Shown piece after piece: positions 39,851 through 54,550 of a stretch of DNA of 64,000 bases. Location of the stretch: NCBI GenBank assembly GCA_964016885.1, contig OZ024744.1, positions 21,204,001-21,268,000 of the forward strand, in the 5' to 3' direction. How positions within the stretch are numbered: the stretch's first letter is position 1; each line of letters starts with the position of its first letter. The stretch comes from Eledone cirrhosa (taxonomy: Eukaryota). The translations under genes and the position numbers were made by a program. The notes under the pieces were generated by a model. It saw only the letters and a list, made by a program, of their open reading frames with translations. It did not search any database and was not told the DNA's origin.

Positions 39851-42800
39851 TTTAATCTTAAGAACTGACTCGTTTTAACAACAGTTGAATCTTAAGACAA
39901 AACTCGTTTTAACAACAGTTGAATCTTAAGAACTGACTTGTTCTAACAACAGTTCAGCCTTAAGAACTGACTCATTTCAAAACAGTTGAATCGTTAGAAC
40001 TGACTCGTTTTAACAACAGTTGAATCTTAAAATAAAACTCGTTTTAACAATAGTTGAATCTCAAGAACTGACTCGTTTTAGCAACAGTTGAATCTTAAGA
40101 TAACACTCGTTTTCATAACAGTTGAATCTTAAGAACTGTCTCGTTTTAACGACAGTTGAATTTTAAGATAAACCTCGTTTTGACAACAGTTGAATCTTAA
40201 GAACTGACTCGTTTTAACAACAGTTAAATCTTCAAATAAAACTCGTTTTAACAACAGTTGAATCTTAAGAACTGACTCGTTTTAACAACAGTTGAATGTT
40301 AAGATAAAACTCGTTTTAACAATAGTGGAATCTTAAGAACTGACTCGTTTTAACAACAGTTGAATCTTAAAATAAAACTCGTTTTAACAACAGTTGAATC
40401 TTAAGAACTGACTCGTTTTAACAACAGCTGAATCTTAAGATAAAACTCGTTTTAACAACAGTTCAAACTTAAGAAATGACTCGTTTTAACAAAAGTTGAA
40501 TCTTATGAACTCACTCATTTTAAGAACAGTTGAATCTTAAGATAACGTTCGTTTTAACAACAGTTGAATCTTAAGAACTGACTCGTTTTAACAACAGTTG
40601 AATCTTAAAGATAAAACTCGTTTCGACAACAGTTGAATCTTAAGAACTGACTCGTTTTAACAACAGCTGAATCTTAAGATAAAACTCGTTTTAACAACAG
40701 TTGAATCTTAAGATAAAACTCGTTTTAACAACAGTTGAATCTTAAGAACTGACTCGTTTTAACGACAGCTGAATCTTAAGATAAAACTCGTTTTAACAAC
40801 AGTTCAAACTTAAGAAATGACTCGTTTTAACAACAGTTGAATCTTATGAACTGACTCATTTTAACAACAGTTGAATCTTAAGAACTGATTCGTTTTAACA
40901 ACAGTTGAATCTTAAGATAAAACTCGTTTTAACAACAGTTGAATCTTAAGAACTGACTCGTTTTAACAACAGCTGAATCTTAAGATAAAACTCGTTTTAA
41001 CAACAGTTGAATCTTAAGATAAAACTCGTTTTAACAACAGTTGAATCTTAAGTACTGACTTGTTTTAACAACAGTTGAATCTTAAGATAAAACTCGTTTT
41101 AACAACAGTTGAATCTTATGAGCTAACTCATTTTAACAACAGTTGAATCTTAAGTTAAGACTCGTTTTAACAACAGTTGAATCTTAAGAACTGACTCGTT
41201 TTAACGACAGCTGAATCTTAAGATAAAACTTGTTTTAACAACATTTGAATCTTAAAGATAAAACTCGCTTTAACAACAGTTGAATCTTAAGAACTGACTC
41301 GTTTTAACAACAGTTGAATCTTAAGACAAAACCCGTTTTAACAACAGTTGAATCTTAAGAACTGACTTGTTCTAACAACAGTTCAGCCTCAAGAACAGAC
41401 TCGTTTTAACAACAGTTGAATCCTAAGATAAACCTCGTTTTAACAACAGATTAATCTTAAGAACTGACTCGTTTTAACAACAGTTGAATCTTAAGACAAA
41501 ACTCGTTTTAACAACAGTTGAATCTTAAGAACTGACTCGTTTTAACAACAGTTGAATCTTAAGACAAAACCCGTTTTAACAACAGTTGAATCTTAAGAAC
41601 TGACTTGTTCTAACAACAGTTCAGCCTCAAGAACTGACTCGTTTTAAAACAGTTGAATCGTTAGATCTGACTCGTTTTAACAACAGTTGAATCTTAAAAT
41701 AAAACTCGTTTTAACAATAGTTGAATCTCAAGAACTGACTCGTTTTAACAACAGTTGAATGTTAAGATAAAACTCGTTTTAACAATAGTTGAATCTTAAG
41801 AACTGACTCGTTTTAACAACAGTTGAATCTTAAGATAAAACTCGTTTTAACAACTGTTGAATCTTAAGAACTGACTCGTTTTAACAACAGTTGAATCTTC
41901 AAATAAAACTCGTTTTAACAACAGATTAATCTTAAGAACTGACTCGTTTTAACAACAGTTGAATCTTAAGACAAAACTCGTTTTAACAACAGTTGAATCT
42001 TAAGAACTGACTTGTTCTAACAACAGTTCAGCCTCAAGAACTGACTCGTTTTAAAACAGTTGAATCGTTAGATCTGACTCGTTTTAACAACAGTTGAATC
42101 TTAAAATAAAACTCGTTTTAACAATAGTTGAATCTCAAGAACTGACTCGTTTTAACAACAGTTGAATGTTAAGATAAAACTCGTTTTAACAATAGTTGAA
42201 TCTTAAGAACTGACTCGTTTTAACAACAGTTGAATCTTAAGATAAAACTAGTTTTAACAACTGTTGAATCTTAAGAACTGACTCGTTTTAACAACAGATG
42301 AATCTTCAAATAAAACTCGTTTTAACAACAGTTGAATCTTAAGAACTGACTCGTTTTAACAACAGTTGAATGTTAAGATAAAACTCGTTTTAACAATAGT
42401 TGAATCTTAGGAACTGACTCGTTTTAACAACAGTTGAATCTTAAGATAAAACTCGTTTTAACAACAGTTGAATCTTAAGAAATGACTCGTTTTAACAACA
42501 GCTGAATCTTAAGATAAAACTCGTTTTAACAACAGTTCAAACTTAAGAAATGACTCGTTTTAACAAAAGTTGAATATTATGAACTCACTCATTTTAACAA
42601 CAGTTGAATCTTAAGATAACACTCGTTTTAACAACAGTTGAATCTTAAGAACTGATTCGTTTTAACAACAGTTGAATCTTAAGATAAAACTCGTTTTAAC
42701 AACAGTTGAATCTTAAGAACGGACTCGTTTTAACAACAGCTGAATCTTAAGATAAAACTCGTTTTAACAACAGTTGAATCTTAAGAACTGATTCGTTTTA

Positions 42801-43949
42801 ACAACAGTTCAAACTTAAGAACTGATTCGTTTTAACAACAGTTGAATCTTATGAACTGACTCATTTTAACAACAGTTGAATCTTAAGATAACATTCGTTT
42901 TAACAACAGTTGAATCTTAAGAACTGACTCGTTTTAACAACAGTTGAATCTTAAGATAAAACTCGTTTTAACAACAGTTGAATCTTAAGAACTGACTCGT
43001 TTTAACGACAGCTGAATCTTAAGATAAATCTCGTTTTAACAACAGTTGAATCTTAAAGATAAAACTCGCTTTAACAACAGTTGAATCTTAAGAACTGACT
43101 CGTTTTAACAACAGTTGAATCTTAAGACAAAACCCGTTTTAACAACAGTTGAATATTAAGAACTGTCTCGTTTTAACAACAGTTGAATGTTAAGATAAAA
43201 CTCGTTTTAACAATAGTTGAATCTTAAGGACTGATTCGTTTTAACAACAGTTGAATCTTAAGATAAAACTCGTTTTAACAACAGTTGAATCTTAAGAACT
43301 GACTCGTTTTAACAACAGCTGAATCTTAAGATAAAACTCGTTTTAACAACAGTTGAATCTTAAGAACTGACTCGTTTTATCAACAGTTCAACCTTAAGAA
43401 CTGACTCGTTTTAACAACAGTTGAATCTTCAAATAAAACTCTTTAAACAACAGTTGAATCTTAAGAACTGACTCGTGTTAACAACAGTTGAATCTTAAGA
43501 TAAAACTAGTTTTAACAATAGTTCAACCTTAAGAACTGACTCGTTTTAACAACAGTTGAATCTTAAGATAAAACTCGTTTTAACAACAGTTGAATCTTAA
43601 GAACTGACTCGTTTTAACAACAGCTGAATCTTAAGATAAAACTCGTTTTAACAACAGTTGAATCTTAAGAACTGACTCGTTTTATCAACAGTTCAACCTT
43701 AAGAACTGACTCGTTTTAACAACAGTTGAATCTTCAAATAAAACTCTTTAAACAACAGTTGAATCTTAAGAACTGACTCGTGTTAACAACAGTTGAATCT
43801 TAAGATAAAACTAGTTTTAACAACAGTTCAACCTTAAGAACTGACTCGTTTTAACAACAGTTGAATCTTCAAATAAAACTTGTTTTAACAACAGTTGAAT
43901 CTTAAGAACTGACTCGTTTTAACAACAGTTGAATGTTAAGATAAAACTC

Positions 43950-46900
43950 GTTTTAACAACAGTTGAATCCTAAGAACTGACTCGTTTTAACAACAGCTGA
44001 TTCTTAAGATAAAACTCGTTTTAACAACAGTTGAATCTTAAGAACTGACTCGTTTAAACAACAGTTGAATCTTAAGATAAAACTCGATTTAACAACAGTT
44101 GAATCTTAAGAACTGACTCATTTTATCAACAGTTCAACCTTAAGAACTGACTCGTTTTAACAACAGTTGAATCATCAAATCAAACTCGTTTTAACAACAG
44201 TTGAATCTTAAGAACTGACTCGTTTTAACATCAGTTCAACCTTAAGAGCTGACTCGTTTAACAACAGTTGAATCTTCAAATAAAACTCTTTTAACAACAG
44301 TTGAATCTTAAGAACTGACTCGTGTTAACAACAGTTGAATCTTAAGATAAAACTAGTTTTAACAACAGTTCAACCTTAAGAACTGACTCGTTTTAACAAC
44401 AGTTGAATCTTCAAATAAAACTCGTTTTAACAACAGTTGAATCTTAAGAACTGACTCGTTTTAACAACAGTTGAATGTTAAGATAAAACTCGTTTTAACA
44501 ACAGTTGAATCTTAAGAACTGACTCGTTTAACAACAGCTGAATCTTAAGATAAAACTCGTTTTAACAACAGTTCAAACTTAAGAAATGTCTCGTTTTAAC
44601 AACTGTTGAATCTTATGAACTGACACATTTTAACAACAGTTGAATCTTAAGATAACTTTCGTTTTAACAACAGTTGAATCTTAAGAACTGATTCGTTTTA
44701 ACAACAGTTGAATCTTCAAATAAAACTCGTTTTAACAACAGTTGAATCTTAAGAACTGACTCGTTTTAACAACAGTTGAATGTTAAGATAAAACTCGTTT
44801 TAACAACAGTTGAATCTTAAGAACTGACTCGTTTTAACAACAGTTGAATCTTCAAATAAAACTCGATTTAACAACAGTTGAATCTTAAGAACTGACTCGT
44901 TTTAACAACAGTTGAATCTTAAGAACTGACTCGTTTTAACAACAGTTAAATCTTAATAACTGACTCGTTTTAACAACAGTTGAATGTTAAGTTAAACCTC
45001 GTTTTAACAATAGTTGAATCTTAAGAACTGACTCGTTTTAACAACAGTTGAATCTTATGAACTGACTCATTTTAGCAACAGTTGAATCTTAAGATAACAT
45101 TCGTTTTAACAACAGTTGAATCTTAAGATAAAACTCGTTTTAACAACAGTTGAATCTTAAGAACTGACTCGTTTCATCAACAGATCAACCTTAAGAACTG
45201 ACTCGTTTTAACAACAGTTGAATCTTCAAATAAAACTCGTTTTAACAACAATTGAATCTTAAGAACTGACTCGTTTTAACAACAGTTGAATCTTAAGAAC
45301 TGACTCGTTTTAACAACCGCTGAATCTTAAGATAAAACTCGTTTTAACAACAGTTGAATCTTAAGAACTGACTTGTTTTAACAACAGTTGAATCTTAAGA
45401 TAAAACTCGTTTTAACAACAGTTGAATCTTATGAGCTAACTCATTTTAACAACAGTTGAATCTTAAGTTAAGACTCGTTTTAACAACAGTTGAATCTTAA
45501 GAACTGACTCGTTTTAACGACAGCTGAATCTTAAGATAAAACTTGTTTTAACAACAGTTGAATCTTAAAGATAAAACTCGCTTTAACAACAGTTGAATCT
45601 TAAGAACTGACTCGTTTTAACAACAGTTGAATCTTAAGACAAAACCCGTTTTAACAACAGTTGAATCTTAAGAACTGTCTCGTTTTAACAACAGTTGAAT
45701 CTTAAGATAAACCTCGTTTTAACAACAGATTAATCTTAAGAACTGACTCGTTTTAACAACAGTTGAATCTTAAGACAAAACTCGTTTTAACAACAGTTGA
45801 ATCTTAAGAACTGACTTGTTCTAACAACAGTTCAGCCTCAAGAACTGACTCGTTTTAAAACAGTTGAATCGTTAGATCTGACTCGTTTTAACAACAGTTG
45901 AATCTTAAAATAAAACTCGTTTTAACAATAGTTGAAACTCAAGAACTGACTCGTTTTAGCAACAGTTGAATCTTAATAACTGACTCGTTTTAACAACAGT
46001 TGAATGTTAAGATAAAACTCGTTTTAACAATAGTTGAATCTTAAGAACTGACTCGTTTTAACAACAGTTGAATCTTAAGATAAAACTCGTTTTAACAACT
46101 GTTGAATCTTAAGAACTGACTCGTTTTAGCAACAGTTGAATCTTCAAATTAAACTCGTTTTAACAACAGTTGAATCTTAAGAACTGACTCGTTTTAACAA
46201 CAGTTGAATGTTAAGATAAAACTCGTTTTAACAATAGTTGAATCTTAAGAACTGACTCGTTTTAACAACAGTTGAATCTTAAGATAAAACTCGTTTTAAC
46301 AACAGTTGAATCTTAAGAAATGACTCGTTTTAACAACAGCTGAATCTTAAGATAAAACTCGTTTTAACAACAGTTCAAACTTAAGAAATGACTCGTTTTA
46401 ACAAAAGTTGAATATTATGAACTGACTCATTTTAACAACAGTTGAATCTTAAGATAACATTCGTTTTAACAACAGTTGAATCTTAAGAAGTGACTCGTTT
46501 TAACAACAGTTGAATCTTAAGAACTGACTCGTTTTAACGACAGCTGAATCTTAAGATAATTCTCGTTTTAACAACAGTTGAATCTTAAAGATAAAACTCG
46601 CTTTAACAACAGTTGAATCTTAAGAACTGACTCGTTTTAACAACAGTTGAATCTTAAGACAAAACCCGTTTTAATAACAGTTGAATATTAAGAACTGACT
46701 CGTTTTAACAACAGTTGAATCTTAAGATAAAACTCGTTTTAACAACAGTTGAATCTTAAGAACTGACTCGTTTCATCAACAGTTCAACCTTAAGATCTGA
46801 CTCGTTTTAACAACAGTTGAATCTTCAAGTAAAACTCGTTTTAACAACAGTTGAATCTTAAGAACTGACTCGTATTAACAACAGTTGAATGTTAAGATAA

Positions 46901-49900
46901 AACTCGTTTTAACAATAGTTGAATCTTAAGAAGTGATTCGTTTTAACAACAGTTGAATCTTAAGATAAAACTCGTTTTAACAACATTTGAATCTTAAGAA
47001 CTGACTCGTTTTAACAACAGTTGAATCTTAAGAACTGACTCGTTTTAACAACAGTTGAATCTTAAGAACTGACTCGTTTTAACAACAACTGAATCTTAAG
47101 ATAAAACTCGTTTTAACAACAGTTGAATCTTAAGAACTGACTCGTTTTAACATCAGTTCAACCTTAAGAACTGACTCGTTTTAACAACAGTTGAATCTTC
47201 AAATAAAACTCGTTTTAACAACAGTTGAATCTTAAGAACTGACTCGTTTTAACAACAGTTGAATCTTAAGATAAAACTCGTTTTAACAACAGTTGAATCT
47301 TAAGAACTGACTCGTTTTAACAACAGCTGAATCTTAAGATAAAACTCGTTTTAACAACAGTTGAATCTTAAGAACTGACTCGTTTTAACATCAGTTCAAC
47401 CTTTAGAGCTGAATCGTTTAACAACAGTTGAATCTTCAAATAAAACTCTTTAAACAACAGTTGAATCTTAAGAACTGACTCGTGTTAACAACAGTTGAAT
47501 CTTAAGATAAAACTAGTTTTAACAACAGTTCAACCTTAAGAACTGACTCGTTTTAACAACAGTTGAATCTTAAGAACTGACTCGTTTTAACAACAGTTGA
47601 ATCCTAAGAACTGACTCGTTTTAACAACAGCTGATTCTTAAGATAAAACTCGTTTTAACAACAGTTGAATCTTAAGAACTGACTCGTTTTAACAACAGTT
47701 GAATCTTAAGATAAAACTCGTTTTAACAACAGTTGAATCTTAAGAACTGACTCGTTTTATCAACAGTTCAACCTTAAGAACTGACTCGTTTTAACAACAG
47801 TTGAATCATCAAATCAAACTCGTTTTAACAACAGTTGAATCTTAAGAACTGACTCGTTTTAACATCAGTTCAACCTTAAGAGCTGACTCGTTTAACAACA
47901 GTTGAATCTTCAAATAAAACTCTTTTAACAACAGTTGAATCTTAAGAACTGACTCGTGTTAACAACAGTTGTGAATCTTAAGATAAAACTAGTTTTAACA
48001 ACAGTTCAACCTTAAGAACTGACTCGTTTTAACAACAGTTGAATCTTCAAATAAAACTCGTTTTAACAACAGTTGAATCTTAAGAACTGACTCGTTTTAA
48101 CAACAGTTGAATGTTAAGATAAAACTCGTTTTAACAACAGTTGAATCTTAAGAACTGACTCGTTTAACAACAGCTGAATCTTAAGATAAAACTCGTTTTA
48201 ACAACAGTTCAAACTTAAGAAATGTCTCGTTTTAACAACTGTTGAATCTTATGAACTGACACATTTTAACAACAGTTGAATCTTAAGATAACTTTCGTTT
48301 TAACAACAGTTGAATCTTAAGAACTGACTCGTGTTAACAACAGTTGTGAATCTTAAGATAAAACTAGTTTTAACAACAGTTCAACCTTAAGAACTGACTC
48401 GTTTTAACAACAGTTGAATCTTCAAATAAAACTCGTTTTAACAACAGTTGAATCTTAAGAACTGACTCGTTTTAACAACAGTTGAATGTTAAGATAAAAC
48501 TCGTTTTAACAACAGTTGAATCTTAAGAACTGACTCGTTTTAACAACAGTTGAATCTTCAAATAAAACTCGATTTAACAACAGTTGAATCTTAAGAACTG
48601 ACTCGTTTTAACAACAGTTGAATCTTAAGAACTGACTCGTTTTAACAACAGTTAAATCTTAATAACTGACTCGTTTTAACAACAGTTGAATGTTAAGTTA
48701 AACCTCGTTTTAACAATAGTTGAATCTTAAGAACTGACTCGTTTTAACAACAGTTGAATCTTATGAACTGACTCATTTTAGCAACAGTTGAATCTTAAGA
48801 TAACATTCGTTTTAACAACAGTTGAATCTTAAGATAAAACTCGTTTTAACAACAGTTGAATCTTAAGAACTGACTCGTTTCATCAACAGATCAACCTTAA
48901 GAACTGACTCGTTTTAACAACAGTTGAATCTTCAAATAAAACTCGTTTTAACAACAATTGAATCTTAAGAACTGACTCGTTTTAACAACAGTTGAATCTT
49001 AAGAACTGACTCGTTTTAACAACAGTTGAATCTTAATATAAAACTCGTTTTAACAACAGTTGAATCTTAAGAACTGACTCGGTTTAACAACCGCTGAATC
49101 TTAAGATAAAACTCGTTTTAACAACAGTTGAATCTTAAGAACTGACTCGTTTTAACAACAGTTGAATCTTAAGATAAAACTCGTTTTAACAACAGTTGAA
49201 TCTTATGAGCTAACTCATTTTAACAACAGTTGAATCTTAAGTTAAGACTCGTTTTAACAACAGTTGAATCTTAAGAACTGACTCGTTTTAACGACAGCTG
49301 AATCTTAAGATAAAACTTGTTTTAAGAACAGTTGAATCTTAAAGATAAAACTCGCTTTAACAACAGTTGAATCTTAAGAACTGACTCGTTTTAACAACAG
49401 TTGAATCTTAAGACAAAACCCGTTTTAACAACAGTTGAATCTTAAGAACTGTCTCGTTTTAACAACAGTTGAATCTTAAGATAAACCTCGTTTTAACAAC
49501 AGATTAATCTTAAGAACTGACTCGTTTTAACAACAGTTGAATCTTAAGACAAAACTCGTTTTAACAACAGTTGAATCTTAAGAACTGACTTGTTCTAACA
49601 ACAGTTCAGCCTCAAGAACTGACTCGTTTTAAAACAGTTGAATCGTTAGATCTGACTCGTTTTAACAACAGTTGAATCTTAAAATAAAACTCGTTTTAAC
49701 AATAGTTGAAACTCAAGAACTGACTCGTTTTAGCAACAGTTGAATCTTAATAACTGACTCGTTTTAACAACAGTTGAATGTTAAGATAAAACTCGTTTTA
49801 ACAATAGTTGAATCTTAAGAACTGACTCGTTTTAACAACAGTTGAATCTTAAGATAAAACTCGTTTTAACAACTGTTGAATCTTAAGAACTGACTCGTTT

Positions 49901-52900
49901 TAACAACAGTTGAATCTTCAAATTAAACTCGTTTTAACAACAGTTGAATCTTAAGAACTGACTCGTTTTAACAACAGTTGAATGTTAAGATAAAACTCGT
50001 TTTAACAATAGTTGAATCTTAAGAACTGACTCGTTTTAACAACAGTTGAATCTTAAGATAAAACTCGTTTTAACAACAGTTGAATCTTAAGAAATGACTC
50101 GTTTTAACAACAGCTGAATCTTAAGATAAAACTCGTTTTAACAACAGTTCAAACTTAAGAAATGACTCGTTTTAACAAAAGTTGAATATTATGAACTGAC
50201 TCATTTTAACAACAGTTGAATCTTAAGATAACATTCGTTTTAACAACAGTTGAATCTTAAGAAGTGACTCGTTTTAACAACAGTTGAATCTTAAGATAAA
50301 ACTCGTTTTAACAACAGTTGAATCTTAAGAACTGACTCGTTTTAACGACAGTTGAATCTTAGGATAATTCTCGTTTTAACAACAGTTGAATCTTAAAGAT
50401 AAAACTCGCTTTAACAACAGTTGAATCTTAAGAACTGACTCGTTTTAACAACAGTTGAATCTTAAGACAAAACCCGTTTTAACAACAGTTGAATATTAAG
50501 AACTGACTCGTTTTAACAACAGTTCAACCTTAAGAACTGACTCGTTTTAACAACAGTTGAATCTTCAAATAAAACTCGTTTTAACAACAGTTGAATCTTA
50601 AGAACTGACTCGTTTTAACAACAGTTGAATCTTAAGATAAAACTCGTTTTAACAACAGTTGAATCTTAAGAACTGACTCGTTTTAACAACAGCTGAATCT
50701 TAAGATAAAACTCGTTTTAACAACAGTTGAATCTTAAGAACTGACTCGTTTTAACATCAGTTCAACCTTTAGAGCTGAATCGTTTAACAACAGTTGAATC
50801 TTCAAATAAAACTCTTTAAACAACAGTTGAATCTTAAGAACTGACTCGTGTTAACAACAGTTGAATCTTAAGATAAAACTAGTTTTAACAACAGTTCAAC
50901 CTTAAGAACTGACTCGTTTTAACAACAGTTGAATCTTAAGAACTGACTCGTTTTAACAACAGTTGAATCCTAAGAACTGACTCGTTTTAACAACAGCTGA
51001 TTCTTAAGATAAAACTCGTTTTAACAACAGTTGAATCTTAAGAACTGACTCGTTTTAACAACAGTTGAATCTTAAGATAAAACTCGTTTTAACAACAGTT
51101 GAATCTTAAGAACTGACTCGTTTTAACAACAGCTGAATCTTAAGATAAAACTCGTTTTAACAACAGTTGAATCTTAAGAACTGACTCGTTTTAACATCAG
51201 TTCAACCTTTAGAGCTGAATCGTTTAACAACAGTTGAATCTTCAAATAAAACTCTTTAAACAACAGTTGAATCTTAAGAACTGACTCGTGTTAACAACAG
51301 TTGAATCTTAAGATAAAACTAGTTTTAACAACAGTTCAACCTTAAGAACTGACTCGTTTTAACAACAGTTGAATCTTAAGAACTGACTCGTTTTAACAAC
51401 AGTTGAATCCTAAGAACTGACTCGTTTTAACAACAGCTGATTCTTAAGATAAAACTCGTTTTAACAACAGTTGAATCTTAAGAACTGACTCGTTTTAACA
51501 ACAGTTGAATCTTAAGATAAAACTCGTTTTAACAACAGTTGAATCTTAAGAACTGACTCGTTTTATCAACAGTTCAACCTTAAGAACTGACTCGTTTTAA
51601 CAACAGTTGAATCATCAAATCAAACTCGTTTTAACAACAGTTGAATCTTAAGAACTGACTCGTTTTAACATCAGTTCAACCTTAAGAGCTGACTCGTTTA
51701 ACAACAGTTGAATCTTCAAATAAAACTCTTTTAACAACAGTTGAATCTTAAGAACTGACTCGTGTTAACAACAGTTGTGAATCTTAAGATAAAACTAGTT
51801 TTAACAACAGTTCAACCTTAAGAACTGACTCGTTTTAACAACAGTTGAATCTTCAAATAAAACTCGTTTTAACAACAGTTGAATCTTAAGAACTGACTCG
51901 TTTTAACAACAGTTGAATGTTAAGATAAAACTCGTTTTAACAACAGTTGAATCTTAAGAACTGACTCGTTTAACAACAGCTGAATCTTAAGATAAAACTC
52001 GTTTTAACAACAGTTCAAACTTAAGAAATGTCTCGTTTTAACAACTGTTGAATCTTATGAACTGACACATTTTAACAACAGTTGAATCTTAAGATAACTT
52101 TCGTTTTAACAACAGTTGAATCTTAAGAACTGATTCGTTTTAACAACAGTTGAATCTTCAAATAAAACTCGTTTTAACAACAGTTGAATCTTAAGAACTG
52201 ACTCGTTTTAACAACAGTTGAATGTTAAGATAAAACTCGTTTTAACAACAGTTGAATCTTAAGAACTGACTCGTTTTAACAACAGTTGAATCTTCAAATA
52301 AAACTCGATTTAACAACAGTTGAATCTTAAGAACTGACTCGTTTTAACAACAGTTGAATCTTAAGAACTGACTCGTTTTAACAACAGTTAAATCTTAATA
52401 ACTGACTCGTTTTAACAACAGTTGAATGTTAAGTTAAACCTCGTTTTAACAATAGTTGAATCTTAAGAACTGACTCGTTTTAACAACAGTTGAATCTTAT
52501 GAACTGACTCATTTTAGCAACAGTTGAATCTTAAGATAAAACTCGTTTTAACAACAGTTGAATCTTAAGAACTGACTCGTTTCATCAACAGATCAACCTT
52601 AAGAACTGACTCGTTTTAACAACAGTTGAATCTTCAAATAAAACTCGTTTTAACAACAATTGAATCTTAAGAACTGACTCGTTTTAACAACAGTTGAATC
52701 TTAAGAACTGACTCGTTTTAACAACAGTTGAATCTTAATATAAAACTCGTTTTAACAACAGTTGAATCTTAAGAACTGACTCGGTTTAACAACCGCTGAA
52801 TCTTAAGATAAAACTCGTTTTAACAACAGTTGAATCTTAAGAACTGACTCGTTTTAACAACAGTTGAATCTTAAGATAAAACTCGTTTTAACAACAGTTG

Positions 52901-54550
52901 AATCTTATGAGCTAACTCATTTTAACAACAGTTGAATCTTAAGTTAAGACTCGTTTTAACAACAGTTGAATCTTAAGAACTGACTCGTTTTAACGACAGC
53001 TGAATCTTAAGATAAAACTTGTTTTAAGAACAGTTGAATCTTAAAGATAAAACTCGCTTTAACAACAGTTGAATCTTAAGAACTGACTCGTTTTAACAAC
53101 AGTTGAATCTTAAGACAAAACCCGTTTTAACAACAGTTGAATCTTAAGAACTGTCTCGTTTTAACAACAGTTGAATCTTAAGATAAACCTCGTTTTAACA
53201 ACAGATTAATCTTAAGAACTGACTCGTTTTAACAACAGTTGAATCTTAAGACAAAACTCGTTTTAACAACAGTTGAATCTTAAGAACTGACTTGTTCTAA
53301 CAACAGTTCAGCCTCAAGAACTGACTCGTTTTAAAACAGTTGAATCGTTAGATCTGACTCGTTTTAACAACAGTTGAATCTTAAAATAAAACTCGTTTTA
53401 ACAATAGTTGAAACTCAAGAACTGACTCGTTTTAGCAACAGTTGAATCTTAATAACTGACTCGTTTTAACAACAGTTGAATGTTAAGATAAAACTCGTTT
53501 TAACAATAGTTGAATCTTAAGAACTGACTCGTTTTAACAACAGTTGAATCTTAAGATAAAACTCGTTTTAACAACTGTTGAATCTTAAGAACTGACTCGT
53601 TTTAACAACAGTTGAATCTTCAAATTAAACTCGTTTTAACAACAGTTGAATCTTAAGAACTGACTCGTTTTAACAACAGTTGAATGTTAAGATAAAACTC
53701 GTTTTAACAATAGTTGAATCTTAAGAACTGACTCGTTTTAACAACAGTTGAATCTTAAGATAAAACTCGTTTTAACAACAGTTGAATCTTAAGAAATGAC
53801 TCGTTTTAACAACAGCTGAATCTTAAGATAAAACTCGTTTTAACAACAGTTCAAACTTAAGAAATGACTCGTTTTAACAAAAGTTGAATATTATGAACTG
53901 ACTCATTTTAACAACAGTTGAATCTTAAGACAACATTCGTTTTAACAACAGTTGAATCTTAAGAAGTGACTCGTTTTAACAACAGTTGAATCTTAAGATA
54001 AAACTCGTTTTAACAACAGTTGAATCTTAAGAACTGACTCGTTTTAACGACAGTTGAATCTTAGGATAATTCTCGTTTTAACAACAGTTGAATCTTAAAG
54101 ATAAAACTCGCTTTAACAACAGTTGAATCTTAAGAACTGACTCGTTTTAACAACAGTTGAATCTTAAGACAAATCCCGTTTTAACAACAGTTGAATATTA
54201 AGAACTGACTCGTTTTAACAACAGTTGAATCTTAAGATAAAACTCGTTTTAACAACAGTTGAATCTTAAGAACTGACTCGTTTTATCAACAGTTCAACCT
54301 TAAGATCTGACTCGTTTTAACAACAGTTGAATCTTCAAGTAAAACTCGTTTTAACAACAGTTGAATCTTAAGAACTGACTCGTATTAACAACAGTTGAAT
54401 GTTAAGATAAAACTCGTTTTAACAATAGTTGAATCTTACGAAGTGATTCGTTTTAACAACAGTTGAATCTTAAGATAAAACTCGTTTTAACAACATTTGA
54501 ATCTTAAGAACTGACTCGTTTTAACAACAGTTGAATCTTAAGAACTGACT
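43950..54550 (+). repeat. Imperfect higher-order repeat, about 3 copies of a 3.7-3.8 kb unit
   Basis: ACCGCTGAA at 45316/49090/52792, GAAACTCAAG at 45934/49708/53410 and CAAATTAAAC at 46145/49919/53621 give offsets of 3774 and 3702. Boundaries approximate. Confidence 0.85.
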
